Source: an uncultured Candidatus Saccharibacteria bacterium (GTDB lineage Bacteria > Patescibacteriota > Minisyncoccia > UBA6257 > WO2-44-18). From it: DNA of 51,505 bases. Where the stretch lies: contig CAYJVO010000003.1 in NCBI GenBank assembly GCA_964373675.1, positions 1 to 51,505 on the forward strand, given 5' to 3'. The notes beneath the pieces were generated by a model that ran no database searches, was not told the origin of the DNA, and saw only the letters and a program-made list of their open reading frames with translations. Both the position numbers and the translations under genes were made by a program. Within the stretch, counting starts at the first letter, position 1. Each line of letters opens with the position of its first letter. Shown one piece after another: positions 44,821 through 51,505 of the stretch.

Positions 44821-46196
44821 ATCCTGATTTGAATTTCTAATTCCGCAATTCTCTTTGAAACCTTTTCTTTAATGGCATCGTTTTCTTCTTGGGCATTTGC
44901 CAAAACGTCGCTGGTGGCCTGAGGATTTAATTTTTCAGAAGCATTGCCATAAATTGTTGTCAACGATGCCCAATCGCCCTGCGGGACTTGTCTAATTTGT
45001 GAAAGCATTGCCTGTGCCTCATCAATCAGAACTTGATTTTGCCGCAGATCCTCAGTTAAACGATCAATAATTGTTTGTTCTTTAGCAATTTCATCCTGCA
45101 AAGCAATCCGCGGACTGCAGTTATTAAGTTCATTAAGTTTGTTAATTAACAATTGTTCTTTAGAAACGGAATCGTTGATAAGCGCGGCTGCCGATTGGCG
45201 GGGAATTATTACATTATTTATTTGATCAATAAATTTGGAACGGGCAAGGTTAAAGGAATTGTCGTTGGTCCGAATATAATTCAAACAGTTTTGACGGGCG
45301 GCGCCGCTTAATCCGGCACAGTTTCCAGTAACAGTTTGGGGAACGCTGCCGCCGCGGGGCGCCTTGGCAGTGCTAACGCCGCGTAGCCCTTCTCCGCCGG
45401 CAAGAATCAAGCGATTAAACAAGGCATCGGCGACTGCACCGACATAAGCTTCTATTTGATCCGCTGAAAGTATAAAATCAATATCAGAACCAACTGCTTT
45501 AGCAACTGTAGATCCTAAAATTGATCCTGGGGTAGTTACTACGCAGTTACGGCCATTTTCGTCGCATTGCTTCAAAGAAAAGAAGCCGTTGCCAGAGATT
45601 CCTTCACTAAAGGCCGCTGCTGATGCGCGAGCGGCTGCATGATTCTGGGCAGATTCGGCAATAAGAGTTGCAGTGTAAAAATTATTTTGTGGCTTTAACA
45701 TTTCTCCGTAAGCGATCCAGCTTCCACTGCGAAAATCATTGTAAAATCCTTGAATATTTTCCACGATTTGGTCTAAGGTGCAGCTAATTTGTTGAGTAAA
45801 TTTGGGTACGGGGGCTAGCAGCAGCTGCACTTGTAAATTAAATGGCGAACAGAGGAAGCCTAGACCGGCAAGCTGGGCCGCATCTCCGGCGGCGGCACTA
45901 GCAGCATCACTTAAAAATCCCTGCCAGTCAGTAATAAACCGTGGCTTTCCGCCTCCTTGGACAAATTGGATAATTTGATCTACCAACATATCCAACACTC
46001 GTTTTTTTAGAGAAGAAACAACAAAAGTTTGCGCCCATTCATAGAGTTGTTGAATAAAACTTCCAGTATTGTCGGCTAAAAGCTGGACATTGGTTTCAAT
46101 GACCGGAATAGAAGCCCGGACGGGGTTCACTAAAATTACATTTTGGCCTATTAAGCCAATAATCGTTAGGGTTATTACGATTAATTTTAATTTCAT
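44802..46196 (-). CDS. Hypothetical exported Cys-containing protein
   Basis: Signal peptide; FITDW..F, LCSPF, CTL, GSW.A, C....C...TPG; coiled-coil C terminus. Confidence 0.7.
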   Translation of the reverse strand: MKLKLIVITLTIIGLIGQNVILVNPVRASIPVIETNVQLLADNTGSFIQQLYEWAQTFVVSSLKKRVLDMLVDQIIQFVQGGGKPRFITDWQGFLSDAASAAAGDAAQLAGLGFLCSPFNLQVQLLLAPVPKFTQQISCTLDQIVENIQGFYNDFRSGSWIAYGEMLKPQNNFYTATLIAESAQNHAAARASAAAFSEGISGNGFFSLKQCDENGRNCVVTTPGSILGSTVAKAVGSDIDFILSADQIEAYVGAVADALFNRLILAGGEGLRGVSTAKAPRGGSVPQTVTGNCAGLSGAARQNCLNYIRTNDNSFNLARSKFIDQINNVIIPRQSAAALINDSVSKEQLLINKLNELNNCSPRIALQDEIAKEQTIIDRLTEDLRQNQVLIDEAQAMLSQIRQVPQGDWASLTTIYGNASEKLNPQATSDVLANAQEENDAIKEKVSKRIAELEIQIRICRNIP

Positions 46197-46197
46197 T

Positions 46198-46944
46198 TTA
46201 GTTGTTCAGGGCTTGAAATTTTTGTTTTAAGACAGCCAATTCTTTATTTAAATCATCGTTCGCTCTAAGCGCCAGCACTGTTTGAAACGGATCCTGTTGA
46301 TAATTGAGAATAATTTCAAAAACCGTTTTTTGAGCAGTTAAAAGCGCAATTTCTTCTTTATGAAGTTCTTTTAAAGAAGACGGAACGGCAAGTTTTTTTA
46401 ATTCAGTAACAGTTTTTTCATAAGCGGTTAATAAACTTTTTAAGTTTTCCGCAACAAATCCCTCATCTTTTTTAAACCGCGGCACATTACTAGAAAGAAC
46501 ATTTTGGAAAAATGCAAGGTAGGCGTTGACAGAATTTTTATCATTTTGGGGAGAAATTATGATTTCCGAATCACGAACTATTGGTTTAAAAGATTGGTAG
46601 TCAAAATTTGCCAATGTTTCGTCAATTAGTTGGTCCAGTACTGCTTCCGGATCAGCGACCGATAACCAGGGTTTTTCTCCTATTAATTCTGGCCCGTTGG
46701 CATTACGGGACAAAATTTCTTGGCTTAATTTGGACGCGATTTTTTCGGTGGAATTGATAACTTTGACGTTTCGGTCGGAGCCCTGACCCAAAGGCGTCGG
46801 GGTTGTGGCTGATTCTAAATTTTGAATTTTAAAAGCCGCTGGCTCACCGAGTATTTCTTTGTTGGAATTTTTTTGAAAAACAATCAAGCCGGCAAAAATT
46901 AATGATCCAACAATCAGCGTTATTGATAAAATTTTTGAAACCAT
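46198..46944 (-). CDS. Hypothetical membrane-anchored protein
   Basis: N-terminal TM helix; VP.SL.ELH helical C terminus. Confidence 0.65.
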   Translation of the reverse strand: MVSKILSITLIVGSLIFAGLIVFQKNSNKEILGEPAAFKIQNLESATTPTPLGQGSDRNVKVINSTEKIASKLSQEILSRNANGPELIGEKPWLSVADPEAVLDQLIDETLANFDYQSFKPIVRDSEIIISPQNDKNSVNAYLAFFQNVLSSNVPRFKKDEGFVAENLKSLLTAYEKTVTELKKLAVPSSLKELHKEEIALLTAQKTVFEIILNYQQDPFQTVLALRANDDLNKELAVLKQKFQALNN

Positions 46945-46998
46945 TTTCGTTAATTCTTTATATTTTTACCCTTTATTCCTTATTTCCCATTCTTTAAC

Positions 46999-47406
46999 TT
47001 AGGGTGTGCACCAGCAAATACCGGCAAACCAAAGCGCTCCTTGAGGTGGGGGACACAGTAAATTTAGGCAGCCGGGAATGATTCCGGTTGGTGTTGGAAT
47101 ATCAAACGGTGGTCCGGGAATCGGCGTTGCCGTAGGCGCAAAACTCGGGACCGGAATACCGCCTTGGCGAAAGACTAAGGGATTGTGAGTCGTTTTTTGA
47201 CGCAGCACTGCTTCATATCCTCTGTAGGTAGTGAGATGTTTTAAAAGCCGGCGGGCTTCGCTTGTAGAAAATTGCTCTTTTACAGCTTCACGAAGATAGC
47301 GAAGCGGATTAGAATTTTTAGGCAATGAAAATGATTGAGCGCTTAATGCGGGTCTATAAAATATGCTTGTAGCAACCAAAATTGCTGTTAGAAATAGCAG
47401 TCGCAT
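46999..47406 (-). CDS. Hypothetical exported protein with Cys-rich C terminus
   Basis: Signal peptide; PGCLNLLCPPPQGALWFAGICWC. Confidence 0.55.
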   Translation of the reverse strand: MRLLFLTAILVATSIFYRPALSAQSFSLPKNSNPLRYLREAVKEQFSTSEARRLLKHLTTYRGYEAVLRQKTTHNPLVFRQGGIPVPSFAPTATPIPGPPFDIPTPTGIIPGCLNLLCPPPQGALWFAGICWCTP

Positions 47407-47428
47407 ACATTATTATTATAGGTTAATG

Positions 47429-48292
47429 CTATAAGCTGAAAAAGTGAGAAAGAGTGGATAACTTTTCTAAACTTAAATCCTGCGGTCTTGTATTGACCGG
47501 AAGACCATTTTTGGCAAGAATTTCAGCAATTTTTGACTTATCCACAGATAATCCCCCCTTCGCTAAAGCTACGGAGGGCAGGCCACTAGTCAAATTATTA
47601 AGAAGGGTCTTTCTCGGCTGTTTAAAAATAATTTTTATCAACTTATAGTAGTTTTTCTCCGCTTCCCTAGTGGTTAATGGCTGAACCCTAGTGGCTAGTT
47701 TTATAATTGCCGATTCCACTTTCGGCGGCGGTGAGAAATTAGACGGCTTTAAATAAGATATTATTTTTGGCTCGGCCCAAAACTGCACCGCCGCCGCCAG
47801 CAAATTCATCCCACACATAGGACATTTCCTACGTGTGGGATTCATTTTCGGCGGATGAGCGCAAATTCGTTCCGCGACCTCCCTTTGAATAGTCAGCACA
47901 GTCAGCGCCGGCTTATTTTCCAATTCGCTCAAAATCCGCAAAAGCTTGCCGGTGATGTAATAGGGAATGTTGCCCACTACTTTGAAGAATCCGGAATATA
48001 GAATATAGAATTCAGGGTTGGCTAGTACTTTTAGCGCATCGCCGTGAATAATTTTGGCGTTTCCTAAATTTTGTATCCTAAATTCTAAATCCTCGGCTAA
48101 ACGAGGGTCTTTCTCTATACCAATGACTTTGCAACCGATTTTCGCGCATTGTTCCGCAAGCGGTATTGTTAATGCTCCCTTTCCTGGACCGATTTCCACA
48201 ATCGTCTCGCCGGCGTTTAATTCCAAAGCGGCGATTATTTTTTGAATCGCTGAACGTTTAATCAAAAAATGCTGTCCTAATTTGCGTGACAT
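47429..48292 (-). CDS. rsmA: 16S rRNA adenine dimethyltransferase RsmA/KsgA
   Basis: LGQHFL, VEIGPGKG.LT, IEKD, GDAL, VGNIPYYIT, Q.EVAERI, F.PPPKVESA, F.QPRKTL.NNL. Confidence 0.96.
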   Translation of the reverse strand: MSRKLGQHFLIKRSAIQKIIAALELNAGETIVEIGPGKGALTIPLAEQCAKIGCKVIGIEKDPRLAEDLEFRIQNLGNAKIIHGDALKVLANPEFYILYSGFFKVVGNIPYYITGKLLRILSELENKPALTVLTIQREVAERICAHPPKMNPTRRKCPMCGMNLLAAAVQFWAEPKIISYLKPSNFSPPPKVESAIIKLATRVQPLTTREAEKNYYKLIKIIFKQPRKTLLNNLTSGLPSVALAKGGLSVDKSKIAEILAKNGLPVNTRPQDLSLEKLSTLSHFFSL

Positions 48293-48335
48293 AATGCTAA
48301 CTGCTCTAACTTTTACACGAATTACACGAAGTTAG

Positions 48336-48749
48336 TTATTTTTTAAATTTAGCATTTATTATGCGTTTTGGTTTCAGATATTTTTGTTTGAAGTTCACAA
48401 TCATTCCCAAAGATAGGTTAGAAAATTCTAAATAACGCAGAACTTGATAGAAGTCGTTTCTTGTGGTGAATGGTTTGTTTTTTAACTCGATCACAATGAT
48501 TCCCTCGATTACGAAATCCGCCCTGTTAATATCATCACCAGTCTTTGAAATTAGTTTTTCTCTTTCGTACTTGATCCCCGTCTTCATAAGCAGTTTTTCT
48601 AATAGATCGCCGTACTGTTTTTTTCTCGCATATCTTCCGAGGGAGTCTTGGGTTTTAAAAAACAAGCCGACGAGTCTGTAAGACAAATCTTTATGTAGAA
48701 TATTTATTGTTTGTGTTATTCGTGTATTAGTTCGTGTTGTTGGTTTTAT
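48336..48749 (-). CDS. GxxExxY family protein, possibly degenerate
   Basis: ILHKDLSY.L.G..F....LGRYARKKQY, RADF.IE..I..ELK, Q.L.YL, G..VNF; frame open to ATA 48749 with no ATG; motif Glu appears as Lys. Confidence 0.7.
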   Translation of the reverse strand: MKPTTRTNTRITQTINILHKDLSYRLVGLFFKTQDSLGRYARKKQYGDLLEKLLMKTGIKYEREKLISKTGDDINRADFVIEGIIVIELKNKPFTTRNDFYQVLRYLEFSNLSLGMIVNFKQKYLKPKRIINAKFKK

Positions 48750-51505
48750 ATTTCAGATTCTTCAATGTAAATATCCTCCTCGGATTCTTGATATTTAGGC
48801 CTGCCGATTTGTTTTACCTCAGTTAATTCCGGTGGAATTTCGCCGAGGAAACGCGATGGCAAGTTATAAAAACTTAAAAACAGATTTTTTCGGGCGCGGG
48901 TCATAGCGACATACATCAGCCGGCGTTCTTCTTCCGTGTCGTCCAGCGATCCGTAAGACATTTGGTGCGGCAAAGTGCCTTCGTTGCAGCCGGCAACAAA
49001 AACCGTTTCAAATTCCAAGCCCTTGGCGAGGTGGATGGTCATTAGGCTAATAGTTGATGAGTTGATGAGTTGATGAGTTGATGAGTTTTTTTCGGTCCGA
49101 AACTCATTAACTGTAGCGTCAGCGTGACTCTTCAACTGATTAGCGGGTTGATCGGCTGATTGAAGAAGCGAAACGCGTTCTAAAAATTCGCCCAAGTTTT
49201 CAAAGCCGGAGGCAAAGACGATTAATTCGTTGATGTTTTCCTTGCGTTCCTGGTAGTTTTTATAGTTTTTTTCCAAATAATCAAAGTAATCGGCATTATT
49301 TAAAAACCAACTAATCAATTCCAGGATTTTGAGGTTTTTTCCGAGGCGTGGCAGTTCTTCCAAAAGCAGTTCGGTCACTGATTTGGTGAAATTTTTAACA
49401 ATTCTCTCGCGGCTGACCTCATCTTTAGGGTTGGCGGCAATCCGTAAAGCGGCAACAATGTCTTTTATTTCTTTTCTTTCATAGAATTTCAACCCGCCGA
49501 AAATTTTATAAGGAATGTTAGCTATAATTAACGTTTGTTCAATCGCGCGGGACTGGGCGTTAGTGCGATAGAGTATCGCGGTTGATGAGTTAATGAGTTG
49601 AGGAGTTGAGGAGTTTTCTCGGCCGTCGAACTCATTAACTGTAGCGTTAGCGCGACTCATTAACTGTCTAATTTTGTCCGCGATAAAATCCGCTTCTTGT
49701 TCCGCATCTTCGCAGGCGGCGACTTGAATCAAATCCCCGCTGGGATTTTTCGTCCACAACTCTTTAGGTTTTTGAAATTTGTTGTTTTTTATTACCGTTG
49801 AAGCGGCATTAATGATATTGGAAGTGGAGCGATAGTTTTGTTCCAGCAGTACTACTTTGGCGTTCGGCCAGTCTTTTTCAAAGTTTAAGAAATTACGGAA
49901 ATCCGAACCGCGGAATCCGTATATTGAATTATGGACAACAAAGTCATTAGCAACGTAATTGTGGACATTTTTTACGTCTAAGTCATAAACATAACCGTCG
50001 TACTGTTCCACCTCAACCTTTTTTACCGTTTTTTCTATTACTTTCTTGCCGTTTTTGACAGCGATTTGCATAGTAGGCCGAACATGAGATGCCGGCTGAA
50101 AAAAAAGCCTTTTTCCTTTTGTCAGGCAAGCGCTTCTAACAATTTCTACTTCCGAACTTGCTGTCATCAAACGTTCAGCAATTTTTTCAATTTCGCTGTA
50201 ATTAAGACGAGCGATTTCCAGTCGCCAATCTGTTATTTTGCCTTTTCTCGTAGTGAATCCCAGCTTCTCAATCGCTGTTTTTAGTGCTGAATCTTTTGTA
50301 TTGACGCTGATTCTGCTCATTCCCCACGGATGCGCTAAACTTTTTCTGCGATCATCAAATAACGTCAAACGAATGCGCAATCGTCGGGAAGAATGGCGTA
50401 TTGTTCCTTTTGGCAGCCAATGGGGATAGCTAAAATACAACAATTCGTCTTTCATTAATTTCCGGACACGGCTTTTGGTGTCAATGGCATCAAATAATTT
50501 GTCTACATGGCTTTGGGGGATTAACATATCGCGGTTGTTAGTGTCAAAAACGAGCGTTGGCAAGCCGTAATTAAATGCATAATAGTATTCGTAATATTCA
50601 GCTTCCGCTCGAGAGAAACATACTTTCAGAATCCACATTTTATCGGCCCTTTCTTGATTAGTTCTAACCATTAGTCCCAGCTGACGTTTGTCTCTGCTCC
50701 AGCGGGAGCCTTTGGTAAGGCCAATTCTAAACCCCTTATCTTTTCTGTACATTAAGTAAACGTAGAAAATATCATCTAATAGCTGCGTTTTTGTAAAAAT
50801 AATATGATTGGGTGTTAACTTAAGAGTTTTTTTGTCCGTAGTTGTTATTTTTATCAATGCGCCGCGATATCGAAATTTTTTTATTTTATCTATATTAGCA
50901 AAGCAGATTTTTTCGTCGCCTGCAGCCGCAATCACTCTGTTTTTAAGAGAAATATTTTTAATCATTTTTAATCCGCCATCGGTTGCAATTTGCGTTTCGG
51001 GCAGCACGCACTGGGCATCATCGCCAACAACCGTTAAGTTTTGAGACCCCTTTGATAAAAGTTTTATCAGTTGATATTGGGCGGGATTAACATCTTGGTA
51101 TTCGTCCACCAAGATATAACGGAAGCGTTTTTGATATTTTTCCAGAACTTTCGGATGATTTTTAAATATCCAAACCACTTTCTCTATAAGATCGTCAAAG
51201 TCCAAGGCGTTGTTTTTAACGAGCGCCGCCTCATATTTTTTAAAAATGTCCAGCGCGGTTTTGTCCAGGTATTCTTCCGGATCAATGAGTTCGTTTTTAA
51301 CATTTCCGATTTTGGCTTTTGCGGTCAGTGGGTTGTAGCGGTCTTTGGAAATATCCATAGTCTTCATTATTTTTTTCATAAGACTCAACGAATCGTCTTC
51401 ATCAAAAATAGTGAAGGAGGCAGTTCGGCCGACCGACGTCGCTTCTTGTTTTAAAATCCGAGCGCCGAGAGAGTGGAAAGTGCCAATAAACGGGGTTGAT
51501 GGGTT
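48746..51505 (-). CDS. pcrA: ATP-dependent DNA helicase PcrA/UvrD, intein-containing; 5' end beyond window
   Basis: GTFHS, DFDDL, VDEYQD, VGDDAQ|intein|SIYGFRG, LEQNYRS, LYRTNAQSR, MTIHLAKGLEF, EERRLMYVAMTRA; frame stays open to the window end. Confidence 0.95.
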   Translation of the reverse strand, partial: NPSTPFIGTFHSLGARILKQEATSVGRTASFTIFDEDDSLSLMKKIMKTMDISKDRYNPLTAKAKIGNVKNELIDPEEYLDKTALDIFKKYEAALVKNNALDFDDLIEKVVWIFKNHPKVLEKYQKRFRYILVDEYQDVNPAQYQLIKLLSKGSQNLTVVGDDAQCVLPETQIATDGGLKMIKNISLKNRVIAAAGDEKICFANIDKIKKFRYRGALIKITTTDKKTLKLTPNHIIFTKTQLLDDIFYVYLMYRKDKGFRIGLTKGSRWSRDKRQLGLMVRTNQERADKMWILKVCFSRAEAEYYEYYYAFNYGLPTLVFDTNNRDMLIPQSHVDKLFDAIDTKSRVRKLMKDELLYFSYPHWLPKGTIRHSSRRLRIRLTLFDDRRKSLAHPWGMSRISVNTKDSALKTAIEKLGFTTRKGKITDWRLEIARLNYSEIEKIAERLMTASSEVEIVRSACLTKGKRLFFQPASHVRPTMQIAVKNGKKVIEKTVKKVEVEQYDGYVYDLDVKNVHNYVANDFVVHNSIYGFRGSDFRNFLNFEKDWPNAKVVLLEQNYRSTSNIINAASTVIKNNKFQKPKELWTKNPSGDLIQVAACEDAEQEADFIADKIRQLMSRANATVNEFDGRENSSTPQLINSSTAILYRTNAQSRAIEQTLIIANIPYKIFGGLKFYERKEIKDIVAALRIAANPKDEVSRERIVKNFTKSVTELLLEELPRLGKNLKILELISWFLNNADYFDYLEKNYKNYQERKENINELIVFASGFENLGEFLERVSLLQSADQPANQLKSHADATVNEFRTEKNSSTHQLINSSTISLMTIHLAKGLEFETVFVAGCNEGTLPHQMSYGSLDDTEEERRLMYVAMTRARKNLFLSFYNLPSRFLGEIPPELTEVKQIGRPKYQESEEDIYIEESEI
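49053..49137. repeat. 85-nt element in frame in pcrA, copy A
   Basis: (GTTGATGA)x4 + 18 nt + CTCATTAACTGTAGCGTCAGCGTGACTCTTCAACT. Confidence 0.85.
49581..49665. repeat. 85-nt element in frame in pcrA, copy B
   Basis: GTTGATGA GTTAATGA GTTGAGGA GTTGAGGA + 18 nt + CTCATTAACTGTAGCGTTAGCGCGACTCATTAACT. Confidence 0.85.
49928..51010 (-). mobile_element. Intein (361 aa) in PcrA/UvrD motif III
   Basis: DAQ|CVLPETQI (block A), LTPNH (block B), VYDLDV (block F), VVHN|S (block G); removing it restores GDDAQSIYGFRG. Confidence 0.95.

Noticed and set aside
34753-47406. Integrative conjugative element or prophage
   Set aside because: No integrase, relaxase, att pair or phage structural genes; flanked by core genes.
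47538-47546. Perfect DnaA box inside rsmA as a second origin
   Set aside because: Isolated, within coding sequence, with no trios or AT-rich unwinding region.
92-48749. A directed G-to-A editing process behind several inactivating-looking changes (intein AKG, NIAED, GxxKxxY, ATA start)
   Set aside because: Only four sites, ancestral states are inferred, and G-to-A transitions are the commonest mutation; not supportable.
42143-49665. Diversity-generating retroelement (Avd-like gene plus the two pcrA repeats as TR/VR)
   Set aside because: No reverse transcriptase in the window, and the differences between the copies are not confined to adenines of one template strand.
2522-51454. Numerous 60-200 aa ORFs antisense to or overlapping the called genes (e.g. 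2522-2743, 4942-5415, 15412-15729, 22116-22718, 51071-51454)
   Set aside because: Shadow frames of well-supported genes with no motifs.

Overview
Chromosomal window from a small-genome bacterium, most likely Patescibacteria/CPR (Parcubacteria-like; inferred from gene content and protein style, standard genetic code). It spans the probable replication origin (dnaN-dnaA-rpmH-rnpA-yidC-jag; DnaA box plus DnaA-trios between dnaA and dnaN). It also holds DNA repair/recombination genes (endonuclease Q, ruvA/B/C, uvrB, mutM, split polA, pcrA/uvrD), an RtcB/archease/beta-CASP RNA-processing neighbourhood, murE, PBP1A, a PilB/GspE ATPase, tRNA-Arg(CCG) and a VirB4/PrgI/VirB6/pilin-like cluster with no relaxase or integrase in view. 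Two inteins are present: a LAGLIDADG-type one in endonuclease Q and one with a GIY-YIG-like insert in pcrA/uvrD. The most striking signal is a set of small repeat-bracketed cassettes. (i) Two TrpR-like HTH paralogs are each enclosed by two copies of their own perfect palindrome. (ii) Four-helix-bundle and GxxExxY genes are enclosed by inverted short-tandem arrays, and gene-less 85-nt versions of one such element sit in frame twice inside uvrD. (iii) Many REP-like hairpins and 7/8-mer arrays are inserted in frame in conserved enzymes. (iv) MITE-like elements and two candidate structured RNAs are present. All calls come from reading the sequence; no database searches were run, and some lesions could be assembly errors.
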